This document shows positions 11,270 through 23,967 of a DNA stretch of 64,000 nt, piece after piece. The DNA lies in contig CM061252.1 of NCBI GenBank assembly GCA_022605425.2, forward strand, positions 558,001 to 622,000, written 5' to 3'. The translations under genes were made by a program, and so were the position numbers. The notes under the pieces are model-generated. The model was given only the letters and a program-made list of their open reading frames with translations. It was not told the DNA's origin and searched no databases. Every line of letters begins with the position of its first letter. Positions within the stretch are counted from its first letter, which is position 1. Source of the stretch: Hamiltosporidium tvaerminnensis FI-OER-3-3. Its lineage: Eukaryota; Fungi; Microsporidia.

Positions 11270-11955
11270 AACAGTGGCATATGTTATTTATATTTTCATG
11301 AAATATACGCAGTTTTGGGTTTTGCATCTAACTGCCTCTCAATACTCTATCAGTATCTCCTATTATACTTACATCTCAGTGCCTTCATCTAAAAGGTGTT
11401 AGAAGCTAGTTAATAGGCAAGGCGGTTGCATGGAATTAGTACCTGTTCGCTGCATGGTGGGTGATAAAAGACCAATGCTCATCCTGGGATTCTCTAAGAC
11501 TATGCAACATTGCCACCTACCCGTAATTTTATGATCACAATAAACTTCTAGCATAGATATATCTCCAAAACTTACATGGGGTCCACTTAGACATTGCATG
11601 TCAACCCTACAAGTATAACTTGCATCTTATCTCTGCCAGCTTTAATGGTTTTTATTTTTATATCTCACAGGCGCTAAGTCTTCTAATCTGAGTTAGCAAG
11701 GCTACCTTCCATGCTTTACATGACAATTATCTACATGTTCAGCTCCGGTCTGCAATCTAGTCCCATAAAAACCAAAAATAAATTTGTAGAATTTTTTTTG
11801 CAATTATAAAGACTTCTTTCTTCTCTTACGAACTCCAATAGACCAATTATAAATATAGTGTAATTTATTGTCACCATAAATCCAAACAATGATCGTTATA
11901 TCAATTTAAACTCATCATCGCTAACAGAAAGTTTTGATTTACTTATCTTTTTCCA
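11270..11955 (-). mobile_element. ~700-bp dispersed repeat, locus B (unit copy 1)
   Basis: Reverse complement aligns with 6435-7130 (e.g. CAGATTGCAGACCG.AGCTGAACAT, GCCTTGCT.ACTC.G.TTAGAAGACTTAGCGCCTG, GTGGACCCCATGTAAGT). Confidence 0.85.
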
Positions 11956-14900
11956 ATTTCTGTATAGAATTATATATTTTTCTAAATAATTCAAGGAAAA
12001 GTCTAGATTTTTCTCAAGAACTATCCATATAATTTGCTATATTAAAAGCAATTTAATATTAAAACTTAGTTATTTTTTAGGTCATTCAGAATGCAAAATT
12101 ATAATAAATTAAAAAAACCTATAAAACTATTTAATTAATTAATATTGAGAATTCCAAGCTTTTTTCTACTTATTTTCAGTTGTTTTTTAAAATGTATTCT
12201 TTCGATTTATAGAACAGGCTCTTTATGTCTGAAACTTTATCTATATTTCAAGTCTAAGCTTTGAGTATTGTATAAAAAGTTTTCTTTTTAGAATATATGT
12301 AGTAAGTGTATGATTTTTTCGTGCCTTCAGCTCCTTGAATAACCCAGTAGATTCTTGTTACCAGCTTTCTTCAAAATTTGGTTTTGGCTTTCAATCTTAT
12401 CTTGGCCGTAAGAACATTCTACTACTATTCTTTGTTTACTATTGCATGAATATTTGCTTAATTTTTACCGAAATTTTTAGGTTCAAAATTTACATTTTTT
12501 TATATTTAGGGATAAAATATTGCAAGTTTATCAGATATAGAATCATAAGAACACTTCATTTATGATTGAGAATTTTTCTTAGCCGATAAATTTTACTTGT
12601 CGGTTTTTCTGTTTAAAAAATAAAGTCGAATATTACGAAGTAATTTTGGCTTTTATAACGGTAAAATTTTAATTTTCTTCCCTAAATTACATAAATAATC
12701 ATTTAATCCCAATCTTGTGGGTTTCTATTCTGGCTTCTAATCATATTTTAAAATACTCATTTTAAAAATCTTCTACACGAAGAAGACTTATGTCTTATTT
12801 AAGGCCAGAATGTATATTTATCAATTAAATTGATGTGGACACAAAACTTTACTTAATGAGTATGATGCAATTTTATGCGGGTGTGTTCTCTAGCGGCTAT
12901 TCATTAAATCTTCTAGATTCTGATTGCATTTACTTGATTTACATATTTTTTCTATAATCTAAAAATAACTTCTGAATCTGAGATGTAAATAAGAGTGTTT
13001 TATCACATAGGTCGATTTTTTCCGTCTTAAGCCATTTTGAACGGTTAAACACGTTTATAAACCCAAAATTGCATCATTATATAACTTCGAATGTAATTTA
13101 TCAACTTCAATTATACATATAAATTCATCATTAATTTCAAGTTTGAAACTTCATTCGGAATAGCACCTATTATAAAATATTAAACATAGATAAAGCATTT
13201 ACTTGGTGCAAGGGGTGTTCTATTATCATTTTATACCCTAGCTGTTGCTAAGAATTTTGTTGTTTTTCTTGATTCTTAAACACTATCGTATATTTACAAT
13301 GAAATACATCCGTTTATCAGCTAAACATTAAAAAAGTTTTCTATGCCCAAGTTTACGTAAGTCAAATGAACAATACATTAAATTCGAAAATCACCTTATT
13401 CTTCATGGTTTTGCATACTTGCAATAGTATAACCGCAAAATAACTGTTTCAAGTTGAAATAATTACACGAGATAGTTGATTTAGGAAATTAAACGTTCAT
13501 TCATTGTGTGAATATATTTTTAAAATAACATTCGATCTAATTAGCTCTTGATTCTTTACTTTACTTCACTTTTGTATCATGAATATTTAGAGTGTTTGAG
13601 TATTTTTCCATCGTATAATATTAAGTATTTTTATAGATGTTTTGGTTTTTTAAGATTGGCTGTGCCTTTATAACTCTCATTTTTTGTTGCTGTTTTTTTC
13701 TCTCTTGTTTTAAACCTATTCTTAAAGAGTTATTATTGCATGAGTTTTAATCTTTTGATGCAGCATCAACGCTAATAAGCTTGCATCAGTATAAAAAATG
13801 AAGATATAATTCACGAGAACCTTTATTAGAATGTATAGACTTGTTTGTGTATTTACTATTGTGTTTGGTTTTTTTTAATCTATATACAACACACAGACTC
13901 TAGCAGAAATAATATCTCTTGGAAAAAACTTCTTTCAATATCCTCGGGTGAAATCTTGCATTTATATTCTATATAAATTTTATTTCTAGTATTCTCGCAT
14001 CAAAGATTTTAGTTTCTACCTAAAAAAGTTGTCAAAAATAATAGCACATTTTGTAAAATCAATGTTGTCTTGATTTTTTATTTGCACACAAGAAAGTGAA
14101 TATATATGAGCCTAATTTCTCGGCTACATACATATATCTTGGAGCTTCTAAGATGTTATCGGCTTTCGCTTTTATGTTGAACGATTCTTTTATACTTTTC
14201 TTTGTTATCTTATAGAGGTTTGACATATGGAATATCAACTTGTCGTCCAAGACTTTAAGTCGTTAATTTTCGATATCAAATATGTTAGAACTTCTAAAAT
14301 ATTTCGTTACTTATTCTTTTAAAAATTAATTTTGTAATATCAGAGATGATTGCTAGGAGTTGAAAAGGTTTCTAGATTAAAAAAATTATAATCACAACTA
14401 TTTCTGCCGCTTAAAACAAAGAGAAGACTAGTTTAATATTAAAAAACTTAGAAACTAAGGCAACATCGCTACAGGCGGTGGCGTTATAGAAAAGACTAAA
14501 TAATCGTTATAGGGTACGATTTATTATTTTTGTTAGACATCCGCATTAAGAACCTTTTATTTTAACACGAATATCCATATCCTACTCAAACTCATACGAA
14601 AGACTAAAATTTAATAGTTTCTGAATGGCTCCAATCAACGGTTATTTTTTCATTATTACTCTTTTTATTTGTTTGTCTTTTTTGTTCCGTTTGGATTCCA
14701 ATACCCATTCTTAAACAGAAATACAAAGAATTTATTAGCAAATCAAAATTTTTAATAAAGTATAGTATTGTGCGCCGGTGACTATGTATTTCAGCAGTAA
14801 TAGATTTTCTGATGTCTGGTTTTTTAAGTTGATTGTGCGAAATGCTTACTTAGTGATTAAATTTTCTTGTATTCCTTGGTAGCATATTTATTTTAATCAC

Positions 14901-17900
14901 ATTTTTTCGCTATTAATAGTAATAGAAAGCTCGTGTGATGTCCGTATGTGCGGTAACAAACCTAGATGTGCAAGAGTGGTCTGTTAGCGCCTATTTCATA
15001 AATTTAAAATCGGAAAAAAAAATTATTTATTTGTTAAAAATTTTTTGAGTTAGGAGAGCGACTTGGTAAATATTCTTCTTTATTATTTGATTAATTTCAT
15101 AAAATCGATGATTTCTAGGTTCAGTACTTATTCTTGTCTATTAAAAAAGATTGCACATTAAAAATCAGCGTTTAATTCTCCCCCTTGATTCTGTTCACTG
15201 CATTTTCCAAATTCATTGCGTTACACTTTAGAATCGCTTCTTGTTTTAGACTACAGGCAAGGTTTCATTATAAGAACCATATAGCCTTGGCTAATTTATT
15301 CAGTGGTTCTTTAAGATCTTGTTTGAACCTAAAACAAAACATATTCAAAGCCTTCATTCTGATCTATCGTTACAAAAGCGAGCTTGAACAGCGTTCCATA
15401 TATATTTCTTGTTGTGAATATCCAAATACAGTTTACTTTATGCAAGATCGGCTTATATGCGAGTTTTAAGTTGAAAGAAACCATATGTAAGGTAAAATTA
15501 GATTGTAATACCCGAAAAACGTGCTCTATTGCTTTTATATCTTGTTATGTTTTAGGGTTTTTTCGTATTTGGGAGAAAAATTGGGGTACTGGTACTGGAC
15601 AATAAATATTTTTTCATGTTTTTGTAAAAGCTTTGCCTTCAATCTCGCATCATCAGCGTCATTCATAGCTTTTGTTCTAATTATATCTTTCTTGCTCTTT
15701 CAATTTAGTTCCTTTTCCTTGGAGATATATAATGGTCTTTTCTTTATAAATATATGTTAAAAATACACGTAAGCATAAAATTCTGTGAAACTAAATATCT
15801 ACAAAATTTTTAATTGTATAATTTGTCAAGTCAAAATAAAAGCTTCGAAAAACCTTAGAAATGCTTTGCAGTTCAACGATCATAATTCAGATTTTCGGTG
15901 TTGAAAGCTGAAAATATTTATTTTTATCAAAAATATGTTTTTTGTAAATTTTAGTTCTTTGATCTAGATTCAGATGAATATTAATCGGCGTTAAATACTA
16001 AATGTAAAACCATGAAATTCTAAGAAGCTTAGATGAAAAATCAGAAAAAAATATGCCGAATCATCGCTCAGAATCCGTCAGGATGCTTTAATTCGGAAAA
16101 CAGACCAAAAATAGATTTAAAAAGACAATCTGTTAAAAAAAATATTTGATCAAAAATGTAACAAATACTAAATTAAATATTGCATTTTGAGTAAATTGAA
16201 TTCGCCCAAACTCAATAGAAATTAAACAAAAAAAGAACTATAAGTTTAATTTTTTATTTCAATAACTTATTCTTTATGCCTAAAATTTCGAGATAAAATT
16301 TTGCAACTATAAACTGTAAGTAATTTTACATTCTAGATTTAAGTGGATTAAAAACCCATGAGAAAAATAGAAGATTTGTTAATAGTTTCTCGAGTTTCAT
16401 TTTGGCAGACGCCATATTTGAGTTACATCAACCGATTTTTTTTTCGGACGTCAATAATAAAATTTTTAAAATAAATGCAAAATTATAATCATATATTAGT
16501 AGAATATGAATGTATATATTCAATACTGGAATAGATCCAGGTATTCATCCCGAATAAAATAATAACAAAAAATTTTTCAATTTATAGAGTGTGATTATTT
16601 TGAATTTTTTTAACATCCTTAAACAAATCTAATAGAGGGCTGTAATTGGGTTTCTTTTTATGATCAACGACTTTTGTATTGAAGTTCATGAGCAAATACG
16701 CATTTAAATATAACTTTATAAAATTCAGGCATAAATTTGCACTTAATTAGCAATAAATTCCGTTTAAGAATCAAATTTTGTAACATAATATGGATTTAGG
16801 TTTATTTTAAAGATTATGTGAATAGATAAGCCAAAAGCCACTGATTATGTTTTTTAAAGAAGAAACTTGTTCTCAGACCCTAATTTGTTTAGCATCGGAG
16901 ATTTCTATAATAAATATCTGTATTCTTAATAAATTACTTGGAATTATTCCACCGGGTTTATGATTTAAAACGATAAAAAGAAAATAACTATAGCTGATAA
17001 AACTAAAATTGAATATTTAAGAACTCATTTCTCGTACTGAATTATTTATATTGAAAATATATTATTTCTCAAAAAAACATTTCAAATTTTTGTGTTTAAC
17101 TTTGAACATTTATATCCTATAGAAATTTATCACTATAAAATATATTTTATTTATTCACGTTGGATTGATTATGATGTGTTTTAAAACTTTAATCTGAATT
17201 ATAAGAAGGAATTTGTGAGGGATCTATAAAGTATTCTTTTATGTGTATGTCCCCTTAACAAGTAAGTAATCACCTATAATTCTATTTCTAATAACTATAT
17301 CCCGAAAAATTTTCAACTTTCTCTGGTTTCTGATTCTTACAAATAAAAGAATTTTTTGCGGTATACCGAGATTTACTTAGTGTATCCACTGTCTAGAATT
17401 AAAATTTCCAGAATCATCATCTTAAACGATAATATATATTATTTTTCATATTTAAAGATTTTCTATATGTGCTTGCTTGAATTATTCATAGAAGTTTGTT
17501 TCTGACGATTTAGTAAGAAACAACTATAAGCGGTATAATTTATATATACTTCTTAAAACTCTCAATTCGCCTTAATTTTGCCACACGAAAGTATAGTTCG
17601 TAGGAAAAAAATGTTTCATATCTATCCTCATTTTATATCAAAGTAGAAAAAATAAGAATTTGGTAGATTTTTAATAGCCATTTGCTTACAATTATTTAAT
17701 GGTGTATTGAACTTAAATCGTTTTTTTAACTCTAAAATTTTATTAATTTAATAGATTTATAAATAGCTTGAAGATATCCTAATCTAATATTTTAAATAGC
17801 GAATCCAAATATAAAGTAATTTTAACTTAGGTATTAAGTAAAAATTGATGTTTGCGGTTTAAATAGTGTATATGGGTTTTTAATTCTATTTTCCAAACCT

Positions 17901-18174
17901 TTTAATGTATTATTTTGTATATATTTTAATATACTTATACAAAATTTTTCAGTTAAATTTAGTTTATAGAAGTATAGATAAAAAAGCAAGTAAATTGATA
18001 AAATATTTTCTGATGATGAACAGCAAAGAATAAATCAAAAAGGATTACATATAATAAAATATAAAATAAAGAGATAAAAAAACGGCTACTCTTTAATTAT
18101 TTCAACATCAATGGCCGGTACGTTGGTAAGTTTAAAACAATTAGTGATGTTTTTTATTTTATATAAAATACATC

Positions 18175-19728
18175 TTAAAAAAATTCACGGCATTTTTCGA
18201 TTTCTTGATCACTCACTAAAAACATTTCTTGATTTTTCTTTAGTTCTTTGATAAATGAATAATATATTTCCTTGAAAGATTCTAGCGAAATTTCAAAAGC
18301 AGAAATATATAATTTGGAGTTAAAGTTGTTTCTATTTACATATACCTTGTATATTTCATGCAAGAAATCTGTCCAAATACTTTTATTAAAAGAAGAATGA
18401 TCGATAAGTTCTTTGGTTTGATCAGATATGCATACATGCTCTTTACTAGCGATTTCACTAAGGCTTTTTGGCACTGAAGAACCAATCAACCGATCGGCGT
18501 AGTTCAATAAAAACTCAGGGAAGAAAAAACTTAAATCGATATAAGAAAATTGAAATATTCGTAGGTTTGCATTAATTCCACCATATTCTATAAAATCACT
18601 TATAGTTTTATTGCAAAAACCATATCCGAAATAAATAGCACTTTCCGAAAACATAAAGGCTGGTCGAAATATTTTAAGTTCATCTGTAAGAATTCCAGTA
18701 AAAAGGAACCGCGGGTTTGATTTTCCTAGTTTTGAATTGAGGCTGATTTCGGCGGTTCTTGTACAAAAAACTAAACAAATTTTGATGTATTGAGATGCTA
18801 CATTTTCGGACGAAAAAGGAACAAAAATATTATTAATGTCCGCATCGTATTCGATTCTCACTCGCTGACTTTTTAATCTTCTATAAATCAAGTTTTTTTC
18901 TTTTTCAATAGCGATACAATCTTCATTTGTTTTCCTAAAAAAATTAAAGTATATGTCTTTCTTAGATTTTACATATAAAAATTGAAAAAATTTAGATATC
19001 AAAATTACGCCACAGTCATATAAAAAAAACCGAGACTTAATAGCATCAAGTAAATCTGAAATATTTCCTTCCTTTGTATTATCACCACATGCTTGAATCA
19101 ACTCTTCTTCATATTTTTTCTTAAATTCAGAAGTTAACTTATTATTCTCTTGGTCTAAAACTAGAAATGCATTTTCAAATAGATCTGCATTGCTTTTATT
19201 TTCTTCCAAAACTCGTAAAAATTTATTGTGCAAAAACGATTTTAACTGTTCAATTACTAGCGAGCCAAACCTAGATAATACAGTATTTACATAAACTTCC
19301 CTTTTTATGTTTTCTTTCATTAAATTCTCTTTGACTTGTTTTTGGATTTCCTCAATGATTTGATCCGTAATGAGAAAGTCAATCGTATCAAAAATAGACT
19401 CTTTGATACATCTAAATCCAGGTTCGAAAATGTAATAGAAATCAAAAAAATCTTCCATTGAATTCGTAGTTATAAAACAGAATCTTTTATCTGGCAATCT
19501 CGTAGAAGGATTTATAGAGTCGCGCAAACAATCTTGCATCCACGCTTTACGAACAGATTCATTCAGATCTTCTTGCCAATCTTTCCTGAGTTCTGCGCCT
19601 TTCTTCATCGCTCCGTATATCATCCCACAAATCATATAATGTGAACAAAAGCCATTATTCATATCCGAAATGCATTTTGTGAGCAGCCCAATCAACTTTA
19701 TAGTTCCTACAAAAAAGCTTTCCTTCAT
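18175..19728 (-). CDS. Orphan protein, copy 1 (517 aa; C-terminally truncated allele of the 547-aa protein)
   Basis: Long clean ORF with a short hydrophobic N-terminus (MKESFFVGTIKLIGLLTKCIS), possibly a signal peptide. The A run at 18177-18183 is 7 long versus 8 in copies 2 and 3, causing an early stop. No domain recognised. Confidence 0.88.
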   Translation of the reverse strand: MKESFFVGTIKLIGLLTKCISDMNNGFCSHYMICGMIYGAMKKGAELRKDWQEDLNESVRKAWMQDCLRDSINPSTRLPDKRFCFITTNSMEDFFDFYYIFEPGFRCIKESIFDTIDFLITDQIIEEIQKQVKENLMKENIKREVYVNTVLSRFGSLVIEQLKSFLHNKFLRVLEENKSNADLFENAFLVLDQENNKLTSEFKKKYEEELIQACGDNTKEGNISDLLDAIKSRFFLYDCGVILISKFFQFLYVKSKKDIYFNFFRKTNEDCIAIEKEKNLIYRRLKSQRVRIEYDADINNIFVPFSSENVASQYIKICLVFCTRTAEISLNSKLGKSNPRFLFTGILTDELKIFRPAFMFSESAIYFGYGFCNKTISDFIEYGGINANLRIFQFSYIDLSFFFPEFLLNYADRLIGSSVPKSLSEIASKEHVCISDQTKELIDHSSFNKSIWTDFLHEIYKVYVNRNNFNSKLYISAFEISLESFKEIYYSFIKELKKNQEMFLVSDQEIEKCREFF

Positions 19729-21036
19729 TATGAATATTTTTCGAAATAATATTTATATATTTTCTAATCAATTTAATATCTTTTTATCTGTGTCAATTTA
19801 CTTCAATTGAATATTTTTATCATTCTAGTATACATGATATAAATATATTATCGTTTATGATTTTTAATTTAAACCAACTTAAAATGGTTTCGCTTTAATA
19901 TTAATTTACTGTTTAATTAATTTAATTTGATTATTTTATTTAAAATGGTCCATCGGCTATGGAATATTTTATTATATACAAATTGAACGAAATTTTCGGA
20001 ATATTTGGTGGTTTTAAAATTTGGAATTTCAAATCCACGGAGCACCAATTCCATGATAGCAGTAACTCAAATTCAATGCATTCTATTATCTCGAATTTCT
20101 GTCCTTATAATATTAATAAAATACGGAATATTAGCTAAAACGAAACAAGAAAAAGAGAAATATATTCTTATTTGTACGATTGAAAATTTTAAACTTTATA
20201 ATGATGCGAGCAACTATTGGAGAAACTTATTGAAGAAAATAAAATTTACATTCTGAGAATCACATCTTCTCTTTTATAAATCGTAATTTTCAATATATTC
20301 TATGTAAAAAACGAAGTAAAGAGACTAAGAATATATATATCTTATTATTCTGATATATTATCAAGAATCTATCGTGTATTACTTATTTTCTTTAATCTTT
20401 AAATACAAAATTTACCAAGTTTTTTAAACACAGTACAGTAACACATGTTCATAAAAATATTATTTAATAATGTTTTTTATCCGATTTTCCTTTTTATGTG
20501 ATACTATAAAATCTACATGCTATCTATATGAATGACCCATTAAAATGAATCCAATCCTCTTCCATAATACCTTGGTTTTGCCAAATGATAATCTCATAAA
20601 GATAAATAGAATGATCAAAAAATATAAAGCAAGTCTCTGTAAATTTTTACTTTTTTTAAATTCTTAATTCATCATGGTTTAATTTTCTAAAAAAACTTAA
20701 AGTTATCCTTTGTACCAAATGTATTAATAATAAATTGTAAAAACGTTCAAGTTGAAATGAAAAATTCAAGATTATAACTGAGTATTTTCTTAATACTATT
20801 GAAATGTTTTACATCTGCTAAAACAAAGTAGTGTATTTTCAACATTACCATGAAATAAACCAAACTATTTTAAATACAAAAAGAATAAATAAAGAATTTA
20901 AAAGAACTCAAAAATATATTCAATATTTTAGCTACAAATCATCAATGTATATTGGAAATAAATAAAATATTTATAAGATCACGAAAAAAAAATACGAATA
21001 AAACCTAAGGCGAATAGCCTGTTCGAGAAAATATAT

Positions 21037-21274
21037 TCGTTCGTTCATCTTCGAGACTACAGCTCTGCCTATGCCTTGGTATTCCTAGGTAATTCCGCCC
21101 ACTGGGCTCTTTTTAGTGGTGTTCGTTCGTTTTTTTGGGTTTCATAACAAGGTTAATTTAAAGATGGGGTGTTAGCTCTACGCCCCCCTGAAGAATCAAT
21201 CCTTTTTAGTCGCCTGTTACAACAAGCAGAGAATACTCCAAGCCAATTCTGCTCCTGGAATAGTGGAGAATAGG
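21037..21274 (-). mobile_element. 238-bp non-autonomous RTE-like retroposon (SINE-like) with 10-bp TSD, copy 1
   Basis: Direct repeat GAAAATATAT at 21027-21036 and 21275-21284. The minus strand has a head with AGAATTGG..TGCTTGTTGTAACAGGCGACTAAAAAGG and ends CCAAGGC..GAGCTGTAGTCTCGAAGATGAACGAACGA, a microsatellite tail. Confidence 0.75.
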
Positions 21275-21700
21275 GAAAATATATACTTCTATAAATTGCA
21301 CTCATATAAGAAGACCAAAAAATAACCAGAAAATATTAAAAAAAGACTTTTATTTATTTATTAATGTGGCTAAAGTAGATCGAAATAATACTTTACCTTA
21401 AAATATAGAAGAACGGCTAATATTAAGGTAAATTTATGTGGAAGCAAAAACAATTACCCAGCAGGTTAAAAAACAGCGGTATAATCCGGAATAATTAAAA
21501 TAGAAATAGTCTATCGATTATACATTCTTTCCTTCTTGCTATCTAAAGATTGTATCCGTTTCCAATATCAAGGTTTTTTTTAATTCAAATCTATATATGA
21601 ATTTAAAGCATTAAAAGCATGTCTATGGAAATAATAAAATATTTTATATACAATTAATTAGAGTATTAATAATAAAAAATAATATTTTTAGTAATGATTT

Positions 21701-21967
21701 TTATTCTGATTTATTTATTGCTTTTATGACTTCGTTTTCGAGAAAAACATTTCTTGTGCTGTATAACCCATTAAGGAAATGATTAATATCGTTATTTAAT
21801 GATTTCTCTTCCTCGTAATCAACATTAGATTCGGGTATAGATCTACCGAATCTTATATTGCTATTGGTTTTTATTTCGGGTACTTTAATTATAGTTTCTG
21901 ATAAACAATCATCCGATAAGGTAGAGTTTCTACATATAATAAATAGATTTAATTTTGAAAGTTTCAT
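21701..21967 (-). CDS. Small hypothetical protein (88 aa), copy 1
   Basis: True ATG in an A-rich context, balanced protein-like composition, bounded by extremely AT-rich flanks, identical protein in all three units. Confidence 0.5.
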   Translation of the reverse strand: MKLSKLNLFIICRNSTLSDDCLSETIIKVPEIKTNSNIRFGRSIPESNVDYEEEKSLNNDINHFLNGLYSTRNVFLENEVIKAINKSE

Positions 21968-23274
21968 GTTTATCTTTTGATTTTCGGACGTATTTATACT
22001 TTTAAAATCCTAATTTTAATTTATTTACAATAATTACATTTAATTTAAATAAAATATTTTTTATAAAAAAATTTAAGTATATCATTTTGTATGTAAATCA
22101 AATTATTTAGGAAATTTAGATAGAAATTTAATTCAACTTTCTTTTTGTTCTGTTAATTCTTCAAACTCCGTAGAATGAATTAAAAATGTTATAAATAAAT
22201 TTATGCTATCATTAGCAAGAAGTCAGAAACATCATCACATGAAATTTAGATTAAATATCGAAATTTAGTGATATTTTTATGATTTTATTAAAGTATAAAT
22301 ATTCATTTTTTATCTAAAGTAAATTTTCATTTAAAAAAGATATCTTTGAGGTATTAATGTATTTCAAAGCTGTATTCCTCGTCTGTCTTTGCCTATGATA
22401 ACATTTGTGGATTATATTGCAGTTTATCTACTATTTGGCATTTCAGAACTGAATTTTGCAATTTTTTATACCTTTTTTACAGTATTTTAAATCTATAAGT
22501 TAACTTCGCTGTCTTATTTATGAAGTTTACTTTATATTCAAAAGTTTTTTTTTGCAATTCCTTCCAATACGTTTTTAAATACAACCTATATCCGAATGAT
22601 TTTGTTTTTTTTAAAATGCACGGTATTTTTTATCTTGTTTGAAAAATTAAAATAAAATTCTGCAATAAACTTGCCAGTGTGTAACATAGTATAATTTAAG
22701 CAGTTCTATCAGGATTTTTTTATAAATTCTTTATACTACGCTCGTATAGTTGAAACCAAGCTATATATCTTAAATTATGTCATATGCGAAAAATAATTAT
22801 CTGTCAACTTTCAATTTTTCATCTCGTTTATTTTTCAAGTGCATTTCCAATTCATTCGATTAGAATTTGGAGAAACCAAAAATTATATTAGTCAACCATA
22901 TTCATAGCAATCAAATCCACAATATGATTAAACTCATAATAAAATCAAAATTCTTTATATGATATAAATTATGCGATATGAAAAAATGCGAAAAAAAATT
23001 TAATTCATTGATTTATGATGTAACTTGAATCAAATAATTTCATTATGATTTGATAAATTTTAAACGTACGTTTCGAAATTCTTAAATTATATACGAAACC
23101 TTTCTAATCAAATAAATATGTTTATTAAATAGACATAACAAAAAACGAGTTAAATTCTATTTTTTATTTTAAATTGGCTATAAAATGGAACACGTTTCCA
23201 TCATAAAATATTACAAGTTCGTTTTATAACCTCAAATAAAAACAAATTTTAATTTGAAAACTAACAAATTTCTT

Positions 23275-23967
23275 AAAACAGTTACAAGTGTATATTTTTT
23301 TTATGAAATTAAAGTAGTTCAGGGATAACATAAATAACTGCTGCCTCAACACTCCATAAGTACCCCCTGCGATACCTAAGCCCCAAAGCTTTTCCTCTAC
23401 CAGGAATGTAGAACCTGAATAATAGACGAGCCAGTTACCCGGTGTTCCTTAATTTCCGTTACAAGGTGTGTTATCGCATGTAGAAACCACCCCATGGCGC
23501 CCCGATACAAAGCATCATTTTAACATATTCTACACTTTCTGAACCCAATAAATTTCTAGCTACGATGAATTTCAGAGACTTAGTTAGGAACCACCTAGAC
23601 AGTGCGATGTTATACAAACAGGTATAACCTGCTATTAAGCTTTCTTGGCTTTACAGAGTTTTATTTTTATATCGAGAGGGTGTTAAGTCTTTCAAGCCGA
23701 GTGAACGGCTAGATTTCTCTGCTTTTACCTGACGATTACCTAAAGGTTCTGTTGCGTTTTTGATCAAGTTGAAAAAAAAGCTGCAAAACAGATAAATAGA
23801 AATGGTTTCGCCATTTTGTAGACAAATTTTTATCATATGAAATTTCTTCGAGCAACCGAAAAATTTGTCTGATTCACTTTTCGAAATCCAAACAGCAATC
23901 TTCGAGCCAATTTCACATACTCATTACCAAGCAGAAGTTTTTAGTGTGGTTATTCACCCACCCTCCA
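23275..23967 (-). mobile_element. ~700-bp dispersed repeat, locus C (unit copy 1)
   Basis: Reverse complement aligns with 6435-7130 from TGGAGGG through GCAGGTTATACCTGTT, CACTGTCTAGGTGG, CAGAAAGTGTAG and CAGGTTCTACA to CACTTG..ACTGTTT. Confidence 0.85.

Noticed and set aside
11399-11599. 66-aa ORF (and the 61-aa ORF at 23651..23836) within the 700-bp repeat
   Set aside because: The frames are not conserved between the three loci of the family; incidental ORFs in GC-richer DNA.
15185-15760. Cluster of overlapping 73-94 aa ORFs
   Set aside because: Two of the three start at TTG or GTG rather than ATG, they overlap in different frames, one is broken in copy 3, and no motif was recognised.
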